DNA of 64,000 nt from Octopus vulgaris (Eukaryota): contig OX597821.1 of assembly GCA_951406725.2 (NCBI GenBank), forward strand, positions 48,980,001 to 49,044,000, in the 5' to 3' direction. The translations under genes were made by a program, and so were the position numbers. Below, piece after piece: positions 27,840 to 41,019 of this stretch; the stretch's first letter is position 1; each line of letters begins with the position of its first letter. The notes under the pieces were generated by a model that saw nothing but the letters and a program-made list of their open reading frames with translations, was not told where the DNA came from and made no database searches.

Positions 27840-28520
27840 TAAGGCCGCAATTTACTCACACGCAGCATATTTCAAACTTTGTCATTAATTCAGTTCTTAA
27901 CTAAATTGAAAACTGTTGACATTTTTGAAGAGAACTGATCCCTAGTTACGTTTTGGCATGAAAAATTGAGATTTGGTCCAGTAGAAAAAATTTACATCAA
28001 AATTTTTAGCAACGTTATAGGAGATAAGTAAGGCCTCCAATCAAGTTTAGATCTAAATAACTTCTTTTTATTTTAAAAGCAAAATATATTTATCTTAGCT
28101 TAAATGATAGAAGAAAACTTGAGGAATTTCATAGTTTTGGTCCCATGCAACAAAAATTTGTATCAAAAAGTTGAGGTAAAATATCAGGAAAAAATATAAG
28201 GCAAAAAATTGAATTTAATTATAATTAACATTTTTATTTTAAAAGCAAACTATATTTTAATTAAGCTAAAATGACAGAGCCCAATTCGAGGAATTTCATG
28301 GTATCATTTTCATGTAAGAAAAAAGTTATGAGTGTTTGTTCCTCACATTTGAGGGTGATAATATAGTTTTATACTTTTTTATGAATATAGTTCTATTAGG
28401 GGACTTTTAATATATGTCACCGGCATCATTGATGTAAGAAAAAATTATCAACGATACCGCGAGGAATTTCATAGTTTTGGTCCCGTTAAATTAAATTTTT
28501 TTTTTATTGTTTTTGTATAT
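27840..28520. repeat. AT-rich element with internal direct repeats, probable non-autonomous DNA transposon remnant
   Basis: gaggaatttcatagttttggtccc at about 28121 and 28461 with a variant at 28288; tttttattttaaaagcaaa twice. Confidence 0.5.
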
Positions 28521-29116
28521 CAATTAAAAAATAAAATTTACACACTCATAGATCTTTCACATTCATAATTTCATTGACAATTAATCTACTTTCCTATTTT
28601 AATCAGTTGCTTCTAAATTGCTCTATTTTTCACTTTTCATTTGTCTTCTTACAAGGCTTGGTACTATATAGGTCATAGTACGATATCTTCTGCAATTTAT
28701 AAAAAGTTTTTTTTTTATCTTGAAGATATTCTTTATATTAGAATTAGTTTCTTAATTTAATTTTAATTAAGAATATATTTTTTAAGATTAATTTTCACAT
28801 TATACTTTTTGTGCGATTTTTGTTGTAATTTGTTTCAATATAATAATTATATATCATACAGTAAAGATATAGGATCTAATATTTTTTTACAATTACATTT
28901 ACATATCCCATTATCCAATCAAATTACTAACTTTAAATGAAATAGATATACAGCCATGCTTTATTAAATTAACACAAACAAGCACTCAATTTTTTATACT
29001 AAATATCGCTTGCGTGCTTTAATTTTAATGTTACTCATTACTGGAGAGGCGTAGAATTGAATCCGAGGCCTGGGATTAATAAAAAAGGATAATATTTTTC
29101 CTTTCAATTGGCAACA

Positions 29117-29187
<71 letters not shown>

Positions 29188-30339
29188 CTAAGGTGAGCCT
29201 GGTCACTGAAAATTTTGGGATATTGCAATTTGCTATCGTTTGTTAAGCCATATTGCAAATTCAAGCTGATAATTATAAAGTAATTATTGTTCTTTGTTAT
29301 AAAATCAATAATTTCTTGCTTATAAAAATGCATATATAATTTAATGATTACAAGAAAATAAATTTGCATAAAAAAAAATAACTTTATTTTATCTTCATTT
29401 TCTTTAAAATTCCAAATTCACCTGATAGAATATAGACATTTCTGGCTGTGTCTTTGTGAGCACTACTGAAGTCATGTAGTAAGGTTGTTCAGAAAAGGCA
29501 TTGGTCAAAAGTGTTTATATTGTACAACTTGTTTTTTAACTTTAATATTTAATTAATAAAGTTACTTTTAATACGCTATTGCACTTAAGTAGGTTTAACT
29601 TTTATTATTAATTTTCTCTTTCAGCTTTACTTGCTTTCAACTGTTTTTGCTAAATTCTGTTCAGCTGCTTTCCTTTTTCTTTTAAGTTAATTATTTAATC
29701 AGGCTAGTTCATTAATGTATTATATGCTTCAGATATACGCATCTAATGTCAAAAGGCATTTTTCCAACGCATAAACCATTCTTCCAATTCACCACCCCTT
29801 CCTTCTTTTTTATCACTTATTAGTTATTCATAATGAATAAATATAAATGTTTATACCAATATTAATATATTATGTAAATATATAATACAAAAACCTGCAT
29901 AACTGTATTTATTCCAATATTAGTATATAAGTAAATCAATATATATGTATTATACTCTGCGTGTATGTTGGTATATGTGTGTGCATGTGTGAGTGTGTGC
30001 GTATATATAGATATATCCTTTAAGCTGGTTTATGTGAAACGTTTTCGAGTGCGCTCATAAAAAGTTCTTATGCAATTTATTCCGGCTACTGCTTATTGTT
30101 CCCTTCCAGAGAAATTTTATGGGATAGTCTTGTAACGCTATAGCGTAGGGTGAATATAGTAATGTGAACTTTTAGCTGGGAGTTTATAAATTGCACGTTC
30201 ATTTCCACAAAAACATGATTTTGTTCCTACATTCCCCATCCAAAGCTAATTACATGTTTCCCCTTAAAATCTATGGATATTGCAAATCATATTTATAATA
30301 TCCTATGGATGAGTAATGCAGCAACATTACTCACCCATG

Positions 30340-30500
30340 TGTTTACGTCTCCATAACTAAGCGATTCAGGAAAAGTGAGCGATAGAATAAGTACCACGCT
30401 TTAAAAAGTAAGTACTGGGGTCGTTTTGTTTGACTAATATTCTTGAAGGTGGTGCCCCAGCATGTCCGCAGTCTAGTGACTGAAACAAGTAAAAGATAAA
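30340..30500 (+). mobile_element. SINE 3' portion
   Basis: gtgtttacgtctccataactaagcg...tgactgaaacaagtaaaaga is the reverse complement of the 39553 SINE. Confidence 0.8.
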
Positions 30501-30509
30501 GGATACGTG

Positions 30510-30545
<36 letters not shown>

Positions 30546-30972
30546 TTCAAGCTGTTGAAGTTGTCCCATTTCTAAATTATTCGTTAAGACCTCTCATTAC
30601 TCGCTGGAGTCTACTGCCTTCTTCGTTTACAGGAACTTTTATGGTGAATATGGATAATTATGATTATTTTGCACATTTATTGTCTGTGGGCTTTGTGACA
30701 TGTCCGCCGAGCCAGACATATCACAAAGCTCACAGACAACAGATGGGCCCGTGCAGTTGTCAAGTGGTATTCAATGGCTGAAAAGAAATCACTTGATGGA
30801 CCTACAAGACAATGGGAAGATCACATAACCAAATTTGAGCTCAAATGAAATACAACAGCGTAATCAAGGGAAGACTGGAAGCGAATTGCGACCAATAGTG
30901 CATACGGACATTTGATAGTCTAGTCGAATGCTTCTTTCACTCTCTCTTTACACAAGCACGCGTATACACACT

Positions 30973-31005
<33 letters not shown>

Positions 31006-31039
31006 ACACGTATGCATGGTTGTGAATATCTGTGTATCG

Positions 31040-31560
31040 ACATTTGTTGATGTGCCGGAATGAGGACTGGTAGTTTGCTTAACTGGAAAGAAAAATTGCA
31101 TTGGCTCAAGCGAAGACGTTATGAAAACCACCAGCCTTCTTTCCAGCACATCGACAAAAGTAAAGCCACTAAGTTGGCAAGATACGTATGGTGTTTCAAG
31201 ACCAACTGCACATACAATCAAGTGAAGTATCGTGGAGAATTACATGTCATATGTAAATGGATCTTAGAAATGCAACTTATGCTTGGCTGAAATATCGCAT
31301 ATTCTTTTTAGATCCAAGAATTGCCCCACGCAGCTTAATTCCGGATTCGAAATTTTCAGCAAATGCAAGCATATTTTCTACGATTGCATCGTTCACTCAA
31401 CTCCATTCTCGAGTTACATCACTTCGGATATGTTCATTTAGGGAAACAACCCAAAGAGTAATCTACCACAGGAAATGAAACTGAAAGTAGACTGTCAACT
31501 TTCGATATAATAAACACGTCTACACACTCTACCCAACGTGTTGACTTTTACATCAGATAA
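31040..31560 (+). mobile_element. Penelope-like GIY-YIG 3' remnant
   Basis: RRYENHQPSFQHIDKSKATKLARYVW resembles the PLE endonuclease C-terminal region. Confidence 0.6.
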
Positions 31561-32313
31561 TATTGGTACAATATAAAAATACATTTTATATGTTTTACAA
31601 TTCCAGTATGTGTGTTTTGTGTGTAAGACTCACAGACAGGTTTGATACTTTTAGACTTCTAGTACGAAAGAATCCACGCCATACTATGCTTTTCTGATTA
31701 GTCTTGGGATTAACGTAAATTCTGGTATGAAATTGACTGGTTGAAGTGGCTGATATGATTAACCAATATATGAGGGACTTTCATTCAAAGGGAAATCTAT
31801 CTATCTATATCGCATATTCTTCTGAAATTCTAACTGAAAATCTGAAATATATAGAATAGAAGAAAAATTGGGATTTAAAAATCCTGGCTGACATCAATTA
31901 AGCACTCAGTATAAAGGAATAAGGTTAAATTTCCAACAAGTAGCTATCAGCAAACGTATCCTTGCTATTATATTAAACTGTCGTATGTCCAAATTTGGCC
32001 AAATGCGTTTTTTTTTTTTTTTTCAATATCTAATTTTGCTTGCAATAGCAGGTTCTTTTGATCAAACTATCGTATCATTACATGTCAAGATATGAAAATT
32101 GTCGAAGTGTAATACAACGGTTTAGCATTTTTCAAAAATGTAGTAAGTCCCACATACGACAGTTTTGCAAAAATATTTCTGACTGGAAAATATCATTCAT
32201 GCATGGAGTTACGATTTCATGCCGCTTGAACATATACACTGTTACATCTGAGACACAAATTAACAAAAATCGATAAAAGTAAATGCTACAGTTTTTAGTG
32301 AATCTACTTTCAG

Positions 32314-32454
32314 AACATTCGGTGACATGTGATTTCCAACGAGATCTGTGTTCTTGGATACAAGACACGCGTGATAAATTTGAATGGATTCGCCATTCTG
32401 GTCCAACAGGAACTCCAGGTACTGGACCAAATACTGACCACTCAGGAACTAACG
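32314..32454 (+). CDS. Multi-MAM protein exon (start of MAM 3)
   Basis: ctttcAG / GTaagt; phase 1/1; HSVTCDFQRDLCSWIQDTRDKFEWIRHSGPTGTPGTGPNTDHSGTN. Confidence 0.95.
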
Positions 32455-32819
32455 GTAAGTTTGAATTGTCAGTGGCAGGAACGGCTGTATGTTTATGTGC
32501 ATATTCGTGTGTAATATACAGGTGTGCGTATGTATGTATGCATATATGTATGTGTGTGTAAATGTGTAGATGTGTGTGTGCTTGTGTGTCTGTGTATTCG
32601 TATGTATAGATGTATGTGCGCGCATGTATTTGCGTGGAGTTGCATCTGTTCATGAATTTGTAGGTACTTTTGCGTATTTGTGTTTCTGTATTTGTCTACG
32701 AGTCTTTGTATTTGTATAGGTATTTGTTTACATATTTTGTATATTTGTACGTGAGTGTATTTTTTATATGTGTGTATGTGTATTTGTGTGTGTGTGTTTA
32801 TGTGTATTTGTGTGTGTGT

Positions 32820-33111
32820 GTATGTGTGTGCGTGTGCGTGTGCGTGTGTATGCGTTCTTGTTTTTATCAGCCAAATCTTTAAGTACGTTGTCTGACAATC
32901 AACATCACACCAGGACGGTAAAGATCTAAATTCCTGCTGAGTTAAGTCAGTGTTTTCCATGTTAGAATCTTTGTCTTGACGTACATGCAGTTCTCAATTA
33001 AAGATATATATATATATATATATCTTTAATTGAGTGTGATAGTGATTGTCAGACAACGTACTTAAAGATTTTGCTGATAAAAATAAGAACGCATACACAC
33101 GCACACGCACA

Positions 33112-33125
<14 letters not shown>
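32820..33125. repeat. Nested inverted repeat
   Basis: 32820-32910 is the reverse complement of 33034-33125; inner hairpin ctcaattaaaga(ta)n tctttaattgag. Confidence 0.85.
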
Positions 33126-33194
<69 letters not shown>

Positions 33195-33195
<1 letters not shown>

Positions 33196-34680
33196 TATAT
33201 ATATATATAACAAAAGATGTCTGTGTGTGTAAAACGTATGCATTTCTACAGTTTTCAACCGACGATTTTCTCCAAACTTTGCTCACACATTACTCATGTG
33301 TCATAGATGGTCATGCACTACAACATTTTGCCCAGAGCTCCCGCATAATGCGACAAACCGACCGTGAAAAAAGTACTCCGTCTATTTAAATACACTATTT
33401 ACACTTCTCACTCTGTCAAAAGCCGTTGTGTAATGTTGCTTCACTTTTATTCTTTCACTATTGTGTGTGTTTGCGCGTTCTATGCGTACGAGATAGTAAA
33501 TGACATTTCAAACCACGACAACGACGACGACGTCACAGATATGAATGTGTATGTGTCTCTGAGTGCATGTGTGTGGGTGTATGAGTGTGTATGTCTTTCT
33601 GACTGTGTGTGTTTCCGCGTTAGGTACGCTATTAAACATGCACAAACATCTATACATACACATGTGACGACTGACGTGTGAATGTATATCTATATTTGTC
33701 TCTCTTACTATATGTATGTGTCTGTATGTGAGAGTGTATGTGTGTGTATCGTCACATTTTGTATATGAATGTGTCTGTGAGTGTGTTGGTGTTTGCACCC
33801 GTTATATATGTTACTAAACAAACACTTATATCTACACAAACTCTTGACAAAAAACAATTACATAAAAGGTCCAAGTTATATAAAAATACACACCTACCGT
33901 TCCATTAACAGTTCATAATTATCGTAGGAGTTGCAAGATTGCAAGGTATTTACAGTTTACTTATATTTGGTTAATTTACACTGCATGCAAAAATATAGAC
34001 ATACTACATACATACAACTGCTTACAAAAATAGATATCAATTAATATTTTTTCTGCGTACATAATTTTTTGTTTAAAATATTGAAAAGAAAATATGCCAC
34101 CAAGGAAAAATGTAATCTCTCCAGAAACACATATAAAACAAGATGAAGTGCAGAAAACCGAAGACGAGAGTCTCAAGAGATAAGGGACATAAGACTTTCT
34201 CAACATCAGTAAAGGCATACTGCAGCTCGTCGAATGGAGCCTCAATACAGAAGGGACATGACACTTTCCAAAGATCACCAAACGCATGCTGTAGCACGAC
34301 GTCAAATACAGTCTCAAAAGAGAAGGGAGAGGAGACTTCCTCAACATCAGCAAAAGACAGAAGGAAGATGAGACTTTCTCAAGATCAGCAAGGCATGCTA
34401 CAGCACTTACTGCTAAATCATTAAAACAACGTTTAGTACGCCAGATTACACAGAGGTCCAATAGAATAGCTCTCCGAAACAGACTACGTACAAATACGTT
34501 CTTCACAACACCTGCAGCTGCTTTCAGATATGACCCATCCCATCTTATAAATATGATAACACTGCCCAAATTGGTATGCTCAACTCAAAATGTCGTTTAT
34601 GCACAGCTTTAACAGACATTTACTCCTCCACAAATGTTTTGTCGACAATGCTGCACTTTCTTCTATCACCTGTTTCAACA
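33195..34680 (+). mobile_element. Helitron 5' fragment with RepHel N-terminal remnant
   Basis: Helitron-type start tatataacaaaagatgtctgtgtg; repeated RLSQDQQ-type helical units then AAFRYDPS..YKYDNTAQIGMLNSKCRLCTAL (frameshifted). Confidence 0.7.
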
Positions 34681-34686
34681 TGAATG

Positions 34687-34744
<58 letters not shown>

Positions 34745-35179
34745 CATTATTATCCAGTTTTGCTATCATCAGGTTCGATTTAATTTGAACGGTCAAGCAG
34801 GGACACAGCTTACTAATTTCAGATTGTGTATCCTTTCAGCAAATGAATCATTACAAATGGATGATATATATATGCGTGTGTGTGTATAAATGGAAATAGA
34901 GGGAGTGAAAGATGCCCTTGGATTACACGGTACTTGCTTTACACAGTTACTTTAGCACGGTTGTGTCGTGATTTAAACATACATACATACATACATACGC
35001 GCGCGCACACAGACACACACACACACACACACACACATGCACATACAGAAACACCACATTGTCGTTTCCCATTCCGTTTTTCGTTTTCCTTCAATTTTAA
35101 TTCTTCCGTAATGCACAAGTTAAAATTAACTTTTCTAGTCTTTGTTCAATATTTTCTGGATTAAATAATAAAGATTTGT

Positions 35180-36945
35180 GATGTAAAGGTAAGAAAAAGA
35201 CAGAAGCGAAGAAAGAATTACAGTAATCTCACCTGTCGGTCCTGAGAAAGGGTCACTTTCAACATCCACGTGCTGTCACGATTTCCAAGGTTCACTCCAC
35301 GTCCACGTGCACTATCCGATGCTCTACCTTCTCACACGTCCGCTCCGATGTGCTGTTCACCGCCGAATCCCCTCGTGCTTCACTGAATGCATCATGTCCA
35401 CCGCGGCACTTCCAGTGGGATCCACAGGCCCCACTTCCCACATGACATGCCTACTCCCTCACTTCCGATCCTTCCCTACAACACAGCCTGGCCCATAACA
35501 CCCCCCTCCCCCGATCTAAAAATCATTCAACCAACATGTCCACGCCCTCTTCTCAACCCCGACCTTAATTTGTCTTAACGCCTTAACTTGTCTCATAATC
35601 AGCCAGCCAGCGAGGAAGGCACCGCTCCCTCTGTGACCACCGTGGGACTTCCGGGCTGGCCTCAGATCCTGGCATGTTCCTGTCGACTTCGTCCTCTTGT
35701 CTATTACTGTTGGCCCCATCCTTAAAGCAGTGATGACCCTGCGCACATCTAAACCATGTTGTGACATGCCATCTACGGATACGTTGTTCCTCGAATTCAC
35801 AGAGGTTATTGTCCCCTTTCCTACTGAGATGTGCACCGCGTATTTGGGGACTTAACCCAGACTTTTTCCCGACCTGCACAAAGGCATGCTACTTCTCTTC
35901 TGCGGGACGCGGCGATGCAATACATGGATGCCTCCACTCGTACTTGAATATTGCCCTGTGTGACACAGCCTGTCCCGTCCTGGGCGACATATTATACAAA
36001 AAACGGCCTCGACTGGTGAGATGTGACCCCTCTCTGCTATGGTCTTCATGGTACGATGATACCTCTCCACATCCCCATTACCACTTGGTTGGTATGCCGC
36101 TCTGAAGAAACGGCTGACATGCCACTTGTCAAGCATTTCCCCCAGCACCTCCGAGCGAAACGCAATGACATTGTCCACAAGCAGCTCATCCACAGGCCCT
36201 CGTTCTAGGAATACCTCATTCAATATTCTTGTGATTTCCTCCCCGCTTCCCGTCTTTATCTCCCTCCATATGGCCAACCGTCCCGGTCCGCTGTTGACCA
36301 TCGAGAGGTATGTCCCCTGCCGGTAGTGCGTCACGTCCACTGCCAGTTGTTTTCAGTTGTGTTCCACTGGAATGCTTCCTGCCTCATGCACACCCGGAGC
36401 GGGGTCAATGGACTGGCACCTGTCGCAGCTCCCAACTACTCTTTGCACACTCTGTCTGGTCACGTCAGTCAACTTTCCTGACTAAGAACAGGGTCCTGTC
36501 CACCCCCATGTGATGCATGGTATGCAATCTTCTCAGTTGCAAGTCACTCAGTCGACACACCGCATCCACTCGCTGCTCCAGATCCTCTGACACCTTGAAC
36601 CAGGCTTTCTTTACACTGATCAGAACGTCCGCTCTATTTCTCTCTGAGGGCCCAAAAACCACACTCAGCCTCAGATCAAACTCGTCAGCTAGCTCGCCCA
36701 GAATTTCCAGACGGTGTTTTATCAGCATCTCTGCACACCCTTTGGTTCACACCCTCCGCTCGCCTGTAATCACTGATCCCACCCACCTAAGTACAGTGGC
36801 CGAATCGGTCCGGATCTTGATGGTACCCCACCTCAGGGTCAGGTTCAGCCCTTTCAGCACGGCATCCAGCTCCGCCACGTTGATATGGTTGCAGTCGTCC
36901 TTCTTCTTAAGCCAGGCCGCATCCTCCACCTACTCAATATTACGA
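35180..36945 (-). mobile_element. Gypsy-like LTR retrotransposon 3' fragment (RNase H, integrase, PPT, 3' LTR)
   Basis: HINVAELDAV..TDS; HHMGVDRT...CDRCQ zinc finger; DVTHY...DN...GNGDVERYHRTMK; PPT ggggagggggg (35501-35511) abutting TG of an LTR at about 35180-35500. Confidence 0.88.
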
Positions 36946-37254
36946 CAGTAACCCTCCTATACGTGTACATACATACATATATGTGTATGTGTACATACAT
37001 ACATACATACATACATACATACATACATACATACATACATACATACATACATACATACATACATAAGATCCACCTTAATGTGGATGCATTATTAGAACGC
37101 TGAATGCTATGTTATTTATCTTGAGAGGACCTCGCATATAGGCACATGGTGCATAAAAGTACCCACATTTATATCGCTGGCGTCAGTACTTGAATAGTCA
37201 CTGTAATTCCATATATCGCTGGCAGTAAGATTTCGCTGGTATGCGGCTAATAAG

Positions 37255-37335
37255 AAAGGGTACGTCGAAATTACACGAAAAGACGGGGTACGTCGAAATC
37301 ATGTGAAAAGACACGGTACATCGAAATCACGTGAC
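37255..37335. repeat. Three tandem units of about 27 bp
   Basis: ggtacgtcgaaatYacRYgaaaagac repeated three times. Confidence 0.75.
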
Positions 37336-37619
37336 ATGGCAGATCCACATGCTATATCCTCACACAATAAACGCATTTGTAAAATTCCTATTTCAAAATA
37401 AATAAGTGATCAAATTTAGTGGGATTTTTTTAATAATGTCATTAAAACGTAATTCCCTGCGTTGTAATGACCAACGCAATGAATCGCGGAACTAATTTTC
37501 CCTGTAAAGCAACGGACAACTACATATATGAGTGTATATGTATGTACGCGTGTGTGTGTGTGCGTGTGATTGAGGACGTTTGATTATCAGAATATTACTG
37601 CCTTTAAACCAATTAAAAG

Positions 37620-38445
37620 GTTTTATTTCTTTCAGGGCCCCCTAGGCAGATAAAATGCTAATACAAGAAATGAAAAACAGGCAGTCATTGTTGGCATATG
37701 TACGGAGCACAGTGATTTAGAACTTAAAAACTTTCTAAATGTTGCAAGATCTTATGTATACTAAGTTCCGATGGAACTGAAATTCTCTGACGTGAATGTT
37801 TCAACTGTATAGAAGTAAGAAAAAATAATTCTAAATGCTTGAATACTATAAGGACACCGCCATTCATTTAGCGGGTTCAAAACAGTAATGCTGATTATCC
37901 AAAAGCAAAATCAATGCGGGCCATCGTTAGAGAACTTCAGATACTGGAGTGGACTGTCAAAACTTTGGTGCACAAGGACATTCGATACAAGTTGCATGCA
38001 TTGAGGAGAGACCAATTCCTGCCTGCAAAGATACAGGAAAACTGTTTGATCTGTACCAAGCGGTTACCTACCAAGATAAAACTTTTCACAAACTTGGCAT
38101 GAGAAGAAAAGCTTCGACGAAGACCAAAATTTTAACCGGAGAAACGACAAATGATTACGTGCAGCTCCTTCTGATGTCCACAAAGTAATGCACACTAAGA
38201 TCCAGAAACTGCAATGGCCTTAGGAATGATGAGTAAAGAAGGATACGTCATACCACCACATGTTCCCACGGGATCTTATAATAAATGTTGCTGGATACTT
38301 GAGGATTTGGAGAGAGTTGTTAAGCCCTGGATAGATCATTAACGCCTTACCTGTTTTACCAAGACTCAGTACCTTCTCATAAAACCCTCGTAACCGAAGA
38401 ATGGATGTTAGACAACTTCACGATCGTGTAACACCAAATTTCTGC
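37620..38445 (+). mobile_element. Decayed Tc1/mariner-superfamily transposase (maT/DD37D-like)
   Basis: KSMRAIVRELQILEWTVKTLVHKDIRYK; RVVKPWI; YQDSVPSHK..TEEWMLDNF. Confidence 0.7.
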
Positions 38446-38919
38446 TTTGGAGAACTTTCGTCCTCAGTCGTCTGGACTACTGCTCCCAAGTGTGGCCACC
38501 CCAGAGTGTAAAACTAATTGCAGAAATAGAGGTGATCCAACGCCACTACACAAAGAAAATGGGCTACTGGGAGAGGTTGAAGGAACTGGGATTCTACACC
38601 CTCCCTGGAAAGGAGACGTGAGAGATATGCAGTGTTATACATATGGAAAATAATGGAGGGTCTAGCTCCAAATTTCGGAATTGAAATCTACAACAATCCC
38701 TGAACTGGACGGCACTGCATAGTACCAAAGGTCCCATCTTCTCCATCGAGGATACGAACCCAATATCGTGATAGCTTGGAATTCAAGGGACCACATGGTC
38801 TCAGCTTCTAGCTGAAACTCATAAAAGAAATTATATATATATATAATAATAAAAATTAGGGAATAAATCCAAACTTACAGGGAAAAATCAGATTTAGGAT
38901 TGAATCCAATTTTATAGTA

Positions 38920-39178
38920 AAATATATTATATTAAATTAGAGACAAAACCACTATTATGCAAATCAAACAAAGAAAGTTCATTGTTTAAAACTCGCCAAG
39001 AATATTCTGAAACCACCTGATGAATGTCTACTACTCATAGATTTGATGACTGAAGACACGAAACGATCGTAGTGGATATTAATAATTGTTACATTTCTAA
39101 ATAATATAAGTTAATTTATGTATTGGCTTAAGTCTTTCTTTGTTTGATTTGCATAATAGTGGTTTTGTCTCTAATTTA

Positions 39179-39190
<12 letters not shown>
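38920..39190. repeat. Inverted-repeat cassette (PLE inverted pseudo-LTR-like)
   Basis: 38920-38977 is a near-perfect reverse complement of 39133-39190, with a hammerhead between them. Confidence 0.85.
39001..39080 (+). ncRNA. Type I hammerhead ribozyme motif, canonical C3-G8 core
   Basis: ccac CUGAUGA a tgtct...agaca c GAAA cgatcg UA gtgg; palindromic stem III ACGAUCGU; distal aatat/atatt extends stem I. Confidence 0.8.
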
Positions 39191-39261
<71 letters not shown>

Positions 39262-39449
39262 CAAGGAAGAAAATGGAGGAGAGATTCAATTGACAAACAT
39301 CAGTAAGATTTATTTACTGTAATCATAAGAATAAATAAGTAAATAAATACAACTCCACTCTTACAGCTGTTTCGACTTTGGGGCTTTACTTCTTTTACTT
39401 TTTTTTATCTTTTTTTTTACCTTGTATCTTTACCATTATAGACTTACTG

Positions 39450-39538
39450 ACTCTCTGATGAAGCTTTGGAGTTCAATCTTTGTTTGATTTGCCAACTGTA
39501 GCATACTGGATCCCCAAAGTAGAAACAGCTGTAAGAGT
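39450..39538 (+). ncRNA. Type I hammerhead ribozyme motif, canonical core, long stem II
   Basis: actct CUGAUGA a gctttgg...ccaaagt a GAAA cagctg UA agagt; palindromic stem III ACAGCUGU. Confidence 0.78.
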
Positions 39539-39552
39539 GGAGTTGTATTTAT

Positions 39553-39940
39553 TTACTCTCTTTACTTGTTTCAGTCATTTGACTGCGGCCACGCTGGAGC
39601 ACCGCCTTTAGTCGAATCAAATCGACCCCGGGACTTATTCTTTGTAAGCCTAGTACTGATTCTATCGGTCTCTTTTGCCGAACTGCTAAGTTACGGGGAC
39701 GTAAACACACCAGCATCGGTTGCTGAGCGATGTTGCGGGGACAAACACAGATACACACACATACACACATATATATACACATATATATGACGGTCTTCTG
39801 TCAGTTTCTGTCTGCCAAATCCACTTACACGGCTTTGGTCGGCCCGATGCTATAGTAGAAGACACTTGCCCAAGTTGCCACGCAGTGGGACTGAACCCGG
39901 AACCAATGTGGTTGAAAAGCAAGCTACTTGCCACTCCTGC
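39553..39940 (-). mobile_element. tRNA-derived SINE interrupting an inverted-repeat arm
   Basis: Near full-length family copy; flanks 39512-39556 and 39940-40026 together are the reverse complement of 39258-39383. Confidence 0.88.
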
Positions 39941-40135
39941 TTACCTATTTATTCTTATGATTATAGTAAATAAACCTTACTGATGCTTGTCAAGTGAATC
40001 TCTTCTCCATTTCCTTACTTGCCTTATTATAAATTCTGGATAAACTTTTGTTTACCTCCACTTGTACTTATTATTCAATTGTACTATTGCCCTGCAACAG
40101 TAAGCCTTTGAATAGAAATAGGTATTCCTCTAGTA

Positions 40136-40702
40136 TTGGGCTGTCCGGAAAATTCGTGCCGATTTTTAAAGGAACGAGAAAGGTCAATAAATACTTGCCA
40201 TTATATTTTTAATCAACCAAATATGAACCATTTTGTTGCACAATGTGTCTCCATCTTTCCTTTAACTTGAAAATACCCTCTTCCCAGAATTGAGGTGCTT
40301 TCATGACAAAGAATTCTTCAAGGTACCTTTTTACGTCATCCAAGGAATTGAAATTTTTACCATTAAGACTATTCTGCAGAGACCTGAATAAGTGGAAATC
40401 CGAAGGAGCAATATCTGGTGAATATGGAGGGTGGGGTAACACATCTCAGCCGAGCTACGGCAATTTTTGTCTGGTTCCCAAAGCATCAAGTGCCGAAAAT
40501 GAACTTTCTTATCTTCCATTTTAAAGGGTTACAGAATTAACACTGGTAATAGGAACATAAAACCTTCTTCCACGAAAAGATAGCTTAAACTGTGCTTTAA
40601 ATGGAGGTGTAGTCAAATCCTATTTTATGGACTCAACCATGTTCTAAAATAAGTCGAAAGATATGCTGCTATAAATCGGCACGAACTTTCCGGACAACCA
40701 AA
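40136..40702 (-). mobile_element. Internally deleted mariner
   Basis: TIRs ttgggctgtccggaaaattcgtgccgattt / aaatcggcacgaactttccggacaaccaaa, TA on both sides; HPPYSPDIAPSDFHLF motif. Confidence 0.93.
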
Positions 40703-40732
40703 TAGTATATTGTTGTCTAACTGCTAACTCTG

Positions 40733-40824
<92 letters not shown>

Positions 40825-41019
40825 ACATTACACACACACACACACACACACATATATATTTGTAAAAAGGAAGTTTGAAAACGCCACTATATTAGATAAA
40901 TTTTAATTTTCTTATGAATGTATACGATCTACTCTTATTATAAATATAATATATATATATAAGTTATACCAATCATCACTAGAAAATATGGCGCCTCATT
41001 TCATTGCTATTTAAAGGAG

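Noticed and set aside
31470-31500. gaaactgaaagtagac as a hammerhead 3' half
   Set aside because: No recognisable 5' core upstream.
34755-34775. Minus-strand CTGATGA
   Set aside because: No stem II, GAAA or stem I support.
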